DNA of 64,000 nt from Shigella phage pSb-1, in the sequence record KF620435, one strand, 5' to 3'. Numbering within the stretch: position 1 is the first letter of the stretch; each line of letters starts with the position of its first letter. Below the pieces are notes generated by a model. It made no database searches and was not told the DNA's origin. It was given only the letters and a program-made list of their open reading frames with translations. This document shows, one piece after another, positions 21,025 through 30,386 of the stretch. Both the position numbers and the translations under genes were made by a program.

Positions 21025-21027
21025 TTC

Positions 21028-21378
21028 ATGAAAGAAATCTTAGTATTCACTACCAATGTACTTGGGCAGCATACCAATACTGCTGCCAAACTGGCATATA
21101 AGAAGCATGGTGCTCGCTGGGGTATGGCCTATGGTCATTACGGTAATAGCTTTGCCATTCCAGTAAGGGATGGCAGTGGTAACCGAATTAAAGAAGGTGC
21201 TATCTATGGCTTCGTTGAAGGCTTTATTTCCTATGCATCTACTAATCCACAGTGGGATTTCAAAGTAATGGAAGATGCCCTTCTGGACCCATACCTGTTC
21301 AATAATGTCACTGGCAATGTGCTATTGCCAGAAGCATGGCGTAAATACTTAGGGGATGCTTACAATTATTGGAGTTAA
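21028..21378 (+). CDS. hypothetical protein
   Basis: 116-aa ORF. Confidence 0.35.
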   Translation: MKEILVFTTNVLGQHTNTAAKLAYKKHGARWGMAYGHYGNSFAIPVRDGSGNRIKEGAIYGFVEGFISYASTNPQWDFKVMEDALLDPYLFNNVTGNVLLPEAWRKYLGDAYNYWS

Positions 21379-21426
21379 AGCTGCTCCGCAGCTTTTGGTT
21401 ATTAATCACATTTAGGAGAATAAGCG

Positions 21427-22242
21427 ATGTACTCATCTATTGAACATCAGAAGCAACTCGAAAAACTATTCAATAAAAATCAGCTCTTGCCTCGCATGAG
21501 GAAGGAATTCGAGGACTCCGAAGAAATTGACTTTAAGGCATTCGCTGCCTATTTAGAAATTGATTATAAGCTGCTCATTGATGCAATGGTGCAGATTGCC
21601 TTACATAAACGTGCCAACATCCAAACTATGATTGGCTCCCTCATGAGTCACTCAGATGATGCTCAGTACATCGCTGATTGTCTGTATAAGATGGCAGAGA
21701 ATGACTGCTTCAACTATGACCCTACCATCGACATGTTCGGTGTTATCTATGAGATTAGTGAAGATGTTCAGATGGAATTGGAAGCATTCCAGTACCCATT
21801 GCCCATCGTAAGTGCTCCTAAGCCTGTTAAGTGTAACCGTGATACTGGTTACTACGAAAGCAGGGGCAGCATCATCCTCAAGAAGAACCATCATGAGATG
21901 GATGTCTGTCTTGACCACATCAACCGCATGAATAACCAACGTCTCTGCATTAACTGGGACGTTGCTAACTATGTAAAAGACTCCCGTCCTAACATGGATA
22001 AACCTAAAGAAGGTGAAACTCGTCAGGACTATGAGAAACGTGTTAAAGCCTTTGAGAAGTACAGCCGTACTGCTAAGGAAGTAATGGAGTTAGTGACCAA
22101 AGAAGGTAATAACTTCTCCTTGGCTCACAAATACGATAAACGTGGGCGTACATATGCCTGTGGTTACCACATAAATTATGCAGGTACTTCATGGAATAAG
22201 GCAGTGGTAGAATTCGCACAAAAAGAACTCGTGGAGGACTAA
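21427..22242 (+). CDS. RNA polymerase II small subunit (N4 gp15-like, T7-RNAP N-terminal homolog)
   Basis: 271 aa; DKRGR matches T7-RNAP T/DxxGR motif; precedes palm-domain subunit. Confidence 0.6.
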   Translation: MYSSIEHQKQLEKLFNKNQLLPRMRKEFEDSEEIDFKAFAAYLEIDYKLLIDAMVQIALHKRANIQTMIGSLMSHSDDAQYIADCLYKMAENDCFNYDPTIDMFGVIYEISEDVQMELEAFQYPLPIVSAPKPVKCNRDTGYYESRGSIILKKNHHEMDVCLDHINRMNNQRLCINWDVANYVKDSRPNMDKPKEGETRQDYEKRVKAFEKYSRTAKEVMELVTKEGNNFSLAHKYDKRGRTYACGYHINYAGTSWNKAVVEFAQKELVED

Positions 22243-22856
22243 TGAAAATCTGCAAGGACTGTGGGGAAACAAAAGACCTCACAGAGTTCGTACCAAAATC
22301 ATCTTGCAAAGACGGTTATGAGGTACGGTGTCGTAAATGTCGAGCCTTAAGGTATAACAAAGCTGACCCAGTATGTATGTTCAGGAAGACCTATCTAACT
22401 CAACTAACTCACTCTATAAAAAGAGGACACCCACCACCCAGCTATTCACTAGAGGATTTCTATGAATGGTTGGATAAGCAACCAAATATCCATCAACTAT
22501 GGGATGATTATGTGGCGAGTAACTATGCAAAAGACTACAAACCATCCGTAGACCGTATTAATGACCACAAACCATATACTCTAGATAACATTCAGCTAAT
22601 GTCCTGGAAAGAGAATAGAGATAAAGGAGCACGTAGCAAGAAAGAAGGTAACATTGCCACTGCACAACCCGTTATCGCCTATCATCTAGATGGTACATTC
22701 TATAAAGAATTTGCTACTACAGCAGAAGCTGCACGTCATGTAAGTGGTAGAACGTGGGGTATTATAACAGTAGCCAATGGCATCCCTGTGAAAGATGGTA
22801 GAGGTCATATTTATAACCCCAAAACGTACAAAGGCTTTAAGTGGGCCTGGAAATAA
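22242..22856 (+). CDS. homing-endonuclease-like protein (Zn finger + HNH-like + NUMOD1-like)
   Basis: Cys4 cluster at N-terminus, VDRINDHKPYTLDNIQLMSWKEN, C-terminal EAARHVSG...ITVANGI. Confidence 0.5.
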   Translation: MKICKDCGETKDLTEFVPKSSCKDGYEVRCRKCRALRYNKADPVCMFRKTYLTQLTHSIKRGHPPPSYSLEDFYEWLDKQPNIHQLWDDYVASNYAKDYKPSVDRINDHKPYTLDNIQLMSWKENRDKGARSKKEGNIATAQPVIAYHLDGTFYKEFATTAEAARHVSGRTWGIITVANGIPVKDGRGHIYNPKTYKGFKWAWK

Positions 22857-22912
22857 TCATCCAATAAGCAGGCTCTCCATAGTGGGGAGCCAAGAAGCAA
22901 AAGGAACATAAA

Positions 22913-23707
22913 ATGCAACTGTTAACCGCTCGTGAATACCTGAAAGTAGATATTGCTAATAACTATGGCTTAGATAAAAAGACATGGGATGAACGTATTA
23001 GCTGGTTCGATGAGAATGAAGCTAACCTGCTTAATCTGGTAGATGAAGCTGAAGATTCTGCTCTGTTCTTTGCTGGTGTAAATGCATGGAAAGATATGAA
23101 AGCCGGTAAGCCTATTGGTTATGCTGTAGCTCTGGATGCTACATCATCTGGCTTACAGTTACTGGCCTGCCTGACTGGTGACCGTTCTGCTGCTGAACTG
23201 TGTAACGTAGTTAACTACATGGGAGAGAATGGTAAGCCATTACGTCGTGATGCTTATACAGTCATCTACCACAAGATGCTGGACATCCTTGGTGAAGCAT
23301 CTCGTATTAAACGTAGTGACACTAAGCAGGCAGTTATGACTGCATTCTACGGTTCAGAAGCCAAGCCTAAAGAAGTATTCGGTGAAGGTATTCGTCTCAA
23401 GACTTTTGAAAATGTAATGGAAACTGTTGCTAGTGGTCCTTGGGCACTGAACAAGTTCTTACTGCAATGTGGTAACCCGGATGCTAACCGTTACATATGG
23501 GTACTGCCTGACAACTTCCACGCTGTCATTAAGGTCATGGTTCCAGAAGTACAAACTGTTAACTTCTTAGGTAAGCCATTCGACATCACTCGTATGGTTC
23601 AGGGCACTGAAGAGAAGACTCGTATGCTCTCTGCTAACATCACCCACTCTATTGATGGATGGTGGTACGTGAGATGCTGCGTCGTTGTAACTTCGACCGT
23701 GACTTAG
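22913..23707 (+). CDS. RNA polymerase II large subunit, N-terminal part (frame-broken)
   Basis: T7-RNAP motif A (LDATSSGLQLLACL) and motif B (RSDTKQAVMTAFYGS). Confidence 0.8.
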   Translation: MQLLTAREYLKVDIANNYGLDKKTWDERISWFDENEANLLNLVDEAEDSALFFAGVNAWKDMKAGKPIGYAVALDATSSGLQLLACLTGDRSAAELCNVVNYMGENGKPLRRDAYTVIYHKMLDILGEASRIKRSDTKQAVMTAFYGSEAKPKEVFGEGIRLKTFENVMETVASGPWALNKFLLQCGNPDANRYIWVLPDNFHAVIKVMVPEVQTVNFLGKPFDITRMVQGTEEKTRMLSANITHSIDGWWYVRCCVVVTSTVT

Positions 23708-24129
23708 TGGAAGCTGTGCGAGAACTCTGCGATGAAGGTCCATCAGAATATGGGGAAATTGCAGGTAATCTGGAGAAGGTACAGGAGTTATGGAGCCATT
23801 ATGAGAAATCTGGCTTCTTATCCTTATCAATCCTGGATTATCTTGACCCATGTACTATTGCTTATGTAGATCGTCAGGTAGTAGCAGATATGATTGACAC
23901 TATGCCTAAGAAACCATTCCCTGTAATGACTGTACACGACTGCTTCCGTTGCCATCCTAACTACGGTAATGACCTGCGTCGTCAGTACAATCAGATTCTG
24001 TCTGACATTGCTAAGAGTGACCTACTGGGCTTCATCCTGTCTCAGGTACTGGGACAAGAGTTCTCTGCTGGTAAGCTGGATGACAGCCTCTGGCAGGACA
24101 TCCTTGAAACAGACTATGCATTAAGTTAA
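23659..24129 (+). CDS. RNA polymerase II large subunit, C-terminal part
   Basis: motif C VMTVHDCF; joins upstream ORF by re-reading one base near 23659. Confidence 0.75.
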   Translation: MVVREMLRRCNFDRDLVEAVRELCDEGPSEYGEIAGNLEKVQELWSHYEKSGFLSLSILDYLDPCTIAYVDRQVVADMIDTMPKKPFPVMTVHDCFRCHPNYGNDLRRQYNQILSDIAKSDLLGFILSQVLGQEFSAGKLDDSLWQDILETDYALS

Positions 24130-24135
24130 TAAACT

Positions 24136-24168
24136 AGCCTCACTCCCGAAGGAGTGAGGCTTATTTTT
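24136..24168 (+). terminator. intrinsic terminator (AGCCTCACTCC-CGAA-GGAGTGAGGCT + T-tract)
   Basis: 11-bp stem, tetraloop, TTATTTTTT. Confidence 0.75.
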
Positions 24169-24186
24169 TGCTTGGAGGTAACAACT

Positions 24187-24369
24187 ATGCTAATCCCTTT
24201 TGAAGTAATCTTTCAGCTAATACTGATAGTTTTATCTGTACTAGTTCTGTCTACAATAGTTCATGCCCACAAAACTAAGTTTGCTTATTACTACTATGGA
24301 GCATACTCACTAGGCTGCTTTGCAATGGCAGGATGGCTAGCTTTTGCTATCTACTGTGTAAACAACTAA
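24187..24369 (+). CDS. small membrane protein
   Basis: GGAGG RBS before internal Met; two hydrophobic segments. Confidence 0.4.
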   Translation: MLIPFEVIFQLILIVLSVLVLSTIVHAHKTKFAYYYYGAYSLGCFAMAGWLAFAIYCVNN

Positions 24370-24397
24370 CCCTCCTTTTGGAGGGTTTTTATTTTTA
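24368..24397 (+). terminator. intrinsic terminator (AACCCTCC-TTTT-GGAGGGTT + T-tract)
   Basis: 8-bp stem and TTTTATTTTT. Confidence 0.7.
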
Positions 24398-24443
24398 TTC
24401 ATCATGTATACTAATCCTGCTATTTACTTATGAGGAAATTGAT

Positions 24444-25277
24444 ATGCCAACTTTGAAAGTAGGTTTTAACAAAACCACCAATGTTGCAACTGTACTGGAT
24501 GCCAGTGGTTCTATCCCAGGTGGTTCCGTAGAAGTAGGTACTTTTGTACACCCTGATGCCACTTACCCTGATAGTTTAGTTATCTTTCATGGTGTTCGTG
24601 ATCTGCTGTATAAACGCTCTGCTAAAAACCCAGCCGAAGCAGGCTTCTGGCCTAACAACATCGTGGATATGCAGTCCATCTCTATTGATATGAAAGCTAC
24701 TCCACGACTGACTATTGCTACCAAACTGCCTCGTGTAGTCTCCACCATCGAAGGTGAAGATATTAACTGGCATGTTGATGTAGCAGGTGGTAAAGCACCA
24801 TTTACTTATAAATGGCAGTTCAAAGCAAATACTGCTGGTGCAGCATTCGCTGATATTAGCTCTAGTACTAACCCATCTGCTGCTACTGCAACATTGATTC
24901 TTAATGATGTAACAGCTACTTCTGCTGGTATTTATAAAGTGATTGTTACTGATGCTAATGGAACCACTGTAGAAGATGAATCGTTGTTAGCTGTAGGCTA
25001 CTACGAAGCAAGCTCTCTGGTAGCTACTCCTGATTCACTTGCTCTGTCTGTTGCTGACGATCTTGCTGCCGGTAAGACCGTAACAATTGTTGCTATGCCT
25101 GTTGGTTCTTCTTCTGGTGCTTTGTCTATCAAGACCGCTCCAGATTCTGGTCGTGCTACGGCTACCATTGCTGGTAATGTACTGACAGTTAAACCAGTGG
25201 CTGCTGGTGATGCTACTTCTGTAGTAGTTACCAATGGTACGGTAGATGTGACCATCCCTGTTACTGTTGCAGAATAA
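24444..25277 (+). CDS. Ig-like (Big_2-type) domain protein
   Basis: Thr/Ala/Val-rich beta-strand repeats (TVTIVAMPVGSSSGALSIKTAP; VVVTNGTVDVTIPVTVAE); GAGG RBS at internal Met. Confidence 0.45.
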   Translation: MPTLKVGFNKTTNVATVLDASGSIPGGSVEVGTFVHPDATYPDSLVIFHGVRDLLYKRSAKNPAEAGFWPNNIVDMQSISIDMKATPRLTIATKLPRVVSTIEGEDINWHVDVAGGKAPFTYKWQFKANTAGAAFADISSSTNPSAATATLILNDVTATSAGIYKVIVTDANGTTVEDESLLAVGYYEASSLVATPDSLALSVADDLAAGKTVTIVAMPVGSSSGALSIKTAPDSGRATATIAGNVLTVKPVAAGDATSVVVTNGTVDVTIPVTVAE

Positions 25278-25327
25278 GAGTATCCTTTGTTTGGGGTTAT
25301 AAACCCTGAAATGAAACCCTCAAGTTT

Positions 25328-25357
25328 GACCTCCCTATTGAAGGGAGGTCTTTTTTT
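25328..25357 (+). terminator. intrinsic terminator (GACCTCCC-TATTGA-AGGGAGGTC + T7)
   Basis: stem-loop followed by TTTTTTT. Confidence 0.75.
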
Positions 25358-25382
25358 GACTTAAACATCCTGGAGCCAGGAA

Positions 25383-25568
25383 ATGAAATCCGAAACAGTC
25401 TTTGCTTTGATTGTAGGCTTTGCGTTTGGGCTGTTCACTATGGGTATGTTAATGACTCATATTGGCCCAAACTCTAAGGCCAAGGTTGATTCACTCAAGG
25501 CTGAATGTGAATTAAATATCCCTCGTAATCAAAACTGTGTAATGCAGTTCGTACCGGAGAAGAAATGA
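25383..25568 (+). CDS. small membrane protein
   Basis: 61 aa, N-terminal hydrophobic helix. Confidence 0.4.
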   Translation: MKSETVFALIVGFAFGLFTMGMLMTHIGPNSKAKVDSLKAECELNIPRNQNCVMQFVPEKK

Positions 25569-25750
25569 AATTAACTCAGTCCCAAGCAATCTTCCTTCGT
25601 ATGGTTCAAGGTGGCTCTGCCACCAGCAACCGTAATAACAAAACCGCACAGTCTCTTAAGAAGCTGGGCTTAGTACAGTTCAATGCTGGTCTTGGGTGGT
25701 CATTAACCCCTACCGGAGCACTGCAACTCAACGAATTAAAGGGTAACTAA
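25565..25750 (+). CDS. hypothetical protein
   Basis: 61-aa ORF. Confidence 0.35.
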   Translation: MKLTQSQAIFLRMVQGGSATSNRNNKTAQSLKKLGLVQFNAGLGWSLTPTGALQLNELKGN

Positions 25751-26080
25751 ATGAAAACTTTACTTAAAGGTATTGCAGTAGCTGCACTGATAGCTTTGGT
25801 TCCAAATGCACAAGCAATTGAACCAGAACCTATTCTGGAAGGTGCTCAGGCTTATCTGGATGACACCAGGGATGCGTTCGGACAAGGATTCTTCATGGGC
25901 AGTATGATCTCTTACATCGAGAGCACAAATAACTGTGTTCCCGAAGGTATTAAGTATTCAGTCATTCCGCCTAAAATTGCCAAAGTAGTTATTTATGATT
26001 CTGCAATCCTCAAATTGAAGAATACATCTCAAATTGTTGTGTACTCAGTACACAAGGCATACCCCTGCACTAAATCTTAA
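25751..26080 (+). CDS. secreted/periplasmic small protein
   Basis: N-terminal signal peptide ending AQA. Confidence 0.45.
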   Translation: MKTLLKGIAVAALIALVPNAQAIEPEPILEGAQAYLDDTRDAFGQGFFMGSMISYIESTNNCVPEGIKYSVIPPKIAKVVIYDSAILKLKNTSQIVVYSVHKAYPCTKS

Positions 26081-26114
26081 TTAGCAATTCCATTAGCTTT
26101 AGGAGAGTAAGTAA

Positions 26115-26321
26115 ATGGCAAGCATTGACTCCTTGACCGTATGTAATTCACGTCAAGCTCGTAACTTTATTATCCGTGCCCTAAAAGCAGGCAACGTACC
26201 GTTCCTGACTTCATCACCCGGCATGGGTAAATCTGCAATCATTCGTTCTATTGCAGAAGAATTTGGCATGAAGCTGATAGACCACCGTCTATCTACTTCT
26301 GCCCCGGAAGACCTTAACTAA
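26115..26321 (+). CDS. AAA+ (MoxR-like) ATPase, 5' exon-like segment
   Basis: Walker A SSPGMGKSAI; ORF stops right before HNH ORF; Walker B lies 0.9 kb downstream in another frame. Confidence 0.6.
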   Translation: MASIDSLTVCNSRQARNFIIRALKAGNVPFLTSSPGMGKSAIIRSIAEEFGMKLIDHRLSTSAPEDLN

Positions 26322-27192
26322 TAGGGCTTTGTGGGGGTGACCTCACATCGAAAGCTATCTAAATGGGGAAACTCCTACTATTACAGGGAAACCATGATAC
26401 ACTCTGGTTTCCCAATAGAGGACAATCCCATGCTAAATATTAATGAAAGTTGGAAAGACATTGTTGGTTATGAAGGTTACTATGAAGTCTCTACGCATGG
26501 TCGCGTTAGAAATACCCGTACAGGTATGATAAAGAACCAATGTGTACAGACTAGCGGTAAGTATCTACAAGTCAGTTTGTGGAAAGGCAACAAAGAAAAA
26601 AGATGTTTAATACATCGCTTAGTTGCTATAGCCTTCATTCCTAACCCTGAAGACAAGCCTCAAGTAAACCATTTAGACAAAAATGATAAGAACAACCATG
26701 TTCAAAATTTGGAATGGGTAACCATATCCGAGAATCATTTACATGCATTTGCTAATGGTAGAAAAGGCTCCAAATCCCGACTAGGTGAAAAAACTAGTAA
26801 AGCCTCTCAGTACCGATATGTGTACTGGGATACCAAAAGAGCTGTTTGGAAAGCATCTATAAAGATAGATGGCAAAACAGTAAACATTGGTAGATTCAAT
26901 ACTGACCTAGAGGCAGCTTTAGCCGCTGATGAGGCAATTGATTCCTGGGGCTGGGATAGAATTAAAAACTTTCAATAATTAAATGCCTAACGACTATCGA
27001 AAACACGTAGTGATACGGAAGTGAGTAGAGTAGGGTGCAAGCCAATGGCACTCGAAAAGATAGCCACCCGGACAGGTAAAGCTGAGGGTGTTGATATAGT
27101 CTGGTCTGCGTAGTAATACGTAGCTGTATATGTCCAACTCGCATATACGGGTAGAGCCTTGCAAACTCTACTGAACATAACGTAGTGGTCTG
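26320..27192 (+). mobile_element. putative group I intron carrying an HNH homing endonuclease gene, interrupting the AAA+ ATPase gene
   Basis: ATPase Walker A and Walker B separated by about 870 nt containing HNH ORF plus about 200 nt non-coding; boundaries approximate. Confidence 0.45.
26331..26978 (+). CDS. HNH homing endonuclease (NUMOD4 + HNH + AP2-like)
   Basis: GYEGYYEVSTHGRVRN, VNHLDKNDKNNHVQNLEWVTISEN, AP2-like YRYVYWDTKRAVWKASIKIDGKTVNIGRF. Confidence 0.8.
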   Translation: MGVTSHRKLSKWGNSYYYRETMIHSGFPIEDNPMLNINESWKDIVGYEGYYEVSTHGRVRNTRTGMIKNQCVQTSGKYLQVSLWKGNKEKRCLIHRLVAIAFIPNPEDKPQVNHLDKNDKNNHVQNLEWVTISENHLHAFANGRKGSKSRLGEKTSKASQYRYVYWDTKRAVWKASIKIDGKTVNIGRFNTDLEAALAADEAIDSWGWDRIKNFQ

Positions 27193-28035
27193 CCATTCCG
27201 TAATGGTGACCGTGCAGAGTTTATTCCATTCGCTGACTTATTCCCTATTGAAGGGGATGAAGTACCAGAAGGATATAACGGGTGGCTCCTGTTCCTTGAT
27301 GAGTTCCCATCCGCTCGTAAAGAAGTAATAGCTGCTGCATACAAACTAATTCTAGACCGTATGACAGGTCAGAAAAAACTTCATCCTAATGTGATGATTG
27401 TCTGTGCTGGTAACAAAGCTACTGACCGTGCCATTGTTAACCCGCTAGGCACTGCAATGCAGTCTCGTGTGGTCCATTTTGAAATGGAACTTAACTTCGA
27501 CATCTTTGTTGAAGACGTAATGATTCCTCAACAATGGGATGAACGTCTGGTTGCATTCTTACATGCTAACCCTGGTTATCTGCATGACTTCGACCCGGCC
27601 CATAAGAACAAAACATTCTGTTGTCCTCGTACTTGGGACTTTGTTAATAAAGACCTCAAGAACCAGCCAGAAGGTGCTCTTCCTGATGAAGATTCCATCT
27701 ACTATGCAGGTCACGTTACTGCTGGTAAGGCTACAGAATTTGTTCAGTTCACTCAGGTATATAATCGTATCATTACGATTGAAAAGGTAGTCAAAGACCC
27801 ACTGGGCTGTGCACTACCGGAAGATAACAACCTGTGCTGGGCTACCGTTAACCATCTGGCTAACAAAACTACTGAAGAGAACTTTGTTGATGTTCTTCAG
27901 TACATTGAACGCTTTAAAACGTTCACCCATAAGATTCTGTACTTCCGTACAGTAGGCAATGCATTACCAGATCTTCAGGCTACTCCTGAATGGCGTAAGG
28001 CTGCTGCTAATATCTCTCGTTACATTCACGGATAA
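27193..28035 (+). CDS. AAA+ (MoxR-like) ATPase, 3' exon-like segment
   Basis: frame open from 27181; Walker B LLFLDEF, sensor MIVCAGN; ORF track starts it at 27361. Confidence 0.55.
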   Translation, partial: PFRNGDRAEFIPFADLFPIEGDEVPEGYNGWLLFLDEFPSARKEVIAAAYKLILDRMTGQKKLHPNVMIVCAGNKATDRAIVNPLGTAMQSRVVHFEMELNFDIFVEDVMIPQQWDERLVAFLHANPGYLHDFDPAHKNKTFCCPRTWDFVNKDLKNQPEGALPDEDSIYYAGHVTAGKATEFVQFTQVYNRIITIEKVVKDPLGCALPEDNNLCWATVNHLANKTTEENFVDVLQYIERFKTFTHKILYFRTVGNALPDLQATPEWRKAAANISRYIHG

Positions 28036-28042
28036 TCACAAC

Positions 28043-28546
28043 ATGAACCAATTTCCTCAGCACACACTTAGTGATGAACAACTCATGCGTGAGTACGACC
28101 GTATTCAGGCTAAGGCGTTTCTTGGACGCAGTGCAGCGTTCTTTGGTTCATTACTGTGTAGTCTTAAGTTCTCATGGAATCGTGAGAATTGTCCCACTGC
28201 ATGTACTGATGGGATAGAACTCCATTTCAACCCAGACTTCTTTATCTGGATGTGTCCAGATGCAAGAGAAACAGTGTTAATGCACGAACTCTGGCATGTG
28301 GCATATCTACATGACATCCGTCGTGGAAGCCGTGACCCAGAAGTCTGGAACCAGGCATGTGACCACTTCATTAACCTTCAGTTAGAAGAAGATGGTTACA
28401 AGTTCACTGGCATTGATAAAGGCATTTGCAAAGACCCTCAATATAAAGGATGGGTCGAAGAAGACATCTACGATGACCTGATGAAGAACCTCAGAAAAGG
28501 CAGAAGCCGTCTGGGGGTGCTGGAGCTGGTCTTGCTGGCGACATGA
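28043..28546 (+). CDS. putative metallopeptidase-like domain protein (DUF2201_N-like), possibly fused to the downstream VWA ORF
   Basis: HELWH (HExxH) motif; G5 homopolymer at 28513-28517 lies before the VWA ORF. Confidence 0.4.
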   Translation: MNQFPQHTLSDEQLMREYDRIQAKAFLGRSAAFFGSLLCSLKFSWNRENCPTACTDGIELHFNPDFFIWMCPDARETVLMHELWHVAYLHDIRRGSRDPEVWNQACDHFINLQLEEDGYKFTGIDKGICKDPQYKGWVEEDIYDDLMKNLRKGRSRLGVLELVLLAT

Positions 28547-28601
28547 AATCCCCACTTCGGGGCAGTCCCAGGGTGCTGTTGTCAACAACGTAGTACGTGC
28601 A

Positions 28602-29216
28602 ATGCAGAGCCAGAAGATGGCTGGTGGACAGATGCCCGGTAAAGGTGCTGGTCGTATGGAAGAGGTTATTACCCAATTCCTTAAACCAGTGGTTCCATGG
28701 CAGGAAGTTCTGATGAACTTCTTTACCGACATTGATGACACTCACTATACGTGGGCCAGGCCTAACCGTCGTTACACTGACATTTATCTACCTTCCCTGG
28801 AAGATGATGAAGGACGCTTACGACACTTAGCTTATTTTGAGGATGTATCTGGTTCTATTAGTAGTGCTGATTCTCTGCGTTTTAACTCAGAGGTTGCCTA
28901 TGTTAAGAGCCAGTTCAATCCTAAGAAGATGTCCCTAATTACCTTCGACGATGTTATCCAGGAAGAGATAGACATCACTGAAGAAGATACTTTTGAAGAG
29001 ATTAAGATTACAGGTCGTGGTGGTACAAGCCTTGTGCCTGTACGAGATTGGATTATTAAGAATAAGCCAACCGCTGCAATCATATTCTCCGATATGTATG
29101 TTCGTCCAATGGAAGAATTGCCATTTGATATCCCCATCATCTGGTGTGTTCTGAATAATCCCAATGCTACCGTACCTTTTGGGGAGGTAGTTCATATCCC
29201 TAAAGGAATGAAATAA
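28602..29216 (+). CDS. VWA-domain protein
   Basis: MIDAS-like DVSGSIS motif; adjacent to AAA+ ATPase. Confidence 0.55.
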   Translation: MQSQKMAGGQMPGKGAGRMEEVITQFLKPVVPWQEVLMNFFTDIDDTHYTWARPNRRYTDIYLPSLEDDEGRLRHLAYFEDVSGSISSADSLRFNSEVAYVKSQFNPKKMSLITFDDVIQEEIDITEEDTFEEIKITGRGGTSLVPVRDWIIKNKPTAAIIFSDMYVRPMEELPFDIPIIWCVLNNPNATVPFGEVVHIPKGMK

Positions 29217-29722
29217 TGGTTGTTAATGGTAATTCTCTTTATCGTTCATCCCAATTGCTGGATGTCCCAGACCGTAAGGTATCCGAACATGGTGTAAGCT
29301 ATGGATTAGGTGAAGCTGGTTATGATATTCGTATCAAACAGGATATTACCTTCTATCGCTTATTTGGGTTGATTCCAATGGTGAAGGTCGTTGATGGAGA
29401 TCAAGTATCACGCCATTTCGGTAAGTTCACATTGGCTTCAGCAATTGAGAAGTTCAACATGTCCCCATCCTGTGTAGCTATCGTTCATGACAAGTCTACA
29501 TGGGCAAGACGTGCATTATCTGTGTTCAATACCGTAATAGAACCAGGATGGAAAGGGTATTTGACTCTTGAACTGGTCTATCATGGTCGTAAGAAATTAC
29601 ATATCCCGGCTGGTGCTGGGATAGCTCAAGTATTATTTCATCTGGTTCAAGAACCTGCTAATTACAATGGCAAGTATCAGAACCAGGAAAACCAACCAGT
29701 AGCTGCTAGACCTTCAAAATAA
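29216..29722 (+). CDS. dcd: dCTP deaminase (dUTPase superfamily)
   Basis: IEPGWKGYLTLEL and PAGAGIAQVLF align with E. coli Dcd IDPGWSG/...PGMLIGALSF. Confidence 0.75.
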   Translation: MVVNGNSLYRSSQLLDVPDRKVSEHGVSYGLGEAGYDIRIKQDITFYRLFGLIPMVKVVDGDQVSRHFGKFTLASAIEKFNMSPSCVAIVHDKSTWARRALSVFNTVIEPGWKGYLTLELVYHGRKKLHIPAGAGIAQVLFHLVQEPANYNGKYQNQENQPVAARPSK

Positions 29723-29752
29723 AAGGCTATCCGGCTTAATCAAGGAAACAAC

Positions 29753-29953
29753 ATGTCAATATTTCAAGTAACTCCTACCGACAGCACTATGCGTAAAACT
29801 ATTGTTGCAACTAATGTAGTAGATGTAGATGAAACTCCAGCTGGTGCTGTAATTCATCTGATTGATGGTCGTTCAGTATCTGTGAAAGAAAGCTATCGTT
29901 CAGTACGTGGTTACGTTCGTAAAGCTTTGACTGCTGCTTCAGAAGCAGAGTAA
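29753..29953 (+). CDS. hypothetical protein
   Basis: 66-aa ORF. Confidence 0.35.
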   Translation: MSIFQVTPTDSTMRKTIVATNVVDVDETPAGAVIHLIDGRSVSVKESYRSVRGYVRKALTAASEAE

Positions 29954-30026
29954 GTAGCTGCCTAAATAGCCCAGCATATTTGGGCTATTTGTGAAGAAAC
30001 TAACTCAACCCCACATAGGAACCATC

Positions 30027-30269
30027 ATGGAATCTTTAGCAGCAATCCTTGTTCTGTTATTCGTATTAGCTGTATACCTTATCCCTACTATCATTGCTTT
30101 TGCACGAGGCCACGCCTCTAAGTGGGGTATTGGTGTGCTTAATATCGTATTAGGCTGGTCACTAGTCTTCTGGGTAGTAGCATTGATTTGGTCGCTGTCC
30201 AACAAAGGTCAGAACCAAGTTACAAATGTAACTGTTGTTCAAACCAATGGTGGCAGTAAAGCAGAGTAA
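30027..30269 (+). CDS. superinfection-immunity (Imm-like) membrane protein
   Basis: two TM helices with YLIPTIIAFARGH ... LNIVLGWSLVFWVVALIWSL pattern; AGGA RBS. Confidence 0.55.
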   Translation: MESLAAILVLLFVLAVYLIPTIIAFARGHASKWGIGVLNIVLGWSLVFWVVALIWSLSNKGQNQVTNVTVVQTNGGSKAE

Positions 30270-30343
30270 CTAACCTAAGCATCATTACATAGTGGTGCTT
30301 GTGGAAGTTGCTTCCAGCTCATTGCTTATCCATCTCCTAACCC

Positions 30344-30370
30344 AAGCCCACCTAACCCGTGGGCTTTTTT
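30344..30370 (+). terminator. intrinsic terminator (AAGCCCAC-CTAACCC-GTGGGCTT + T6)
   Basis: stem-loop and TTTTTT. Confidence 0.7.
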
Positions 30371-30386
30371 AATTACAGGTACTGTT

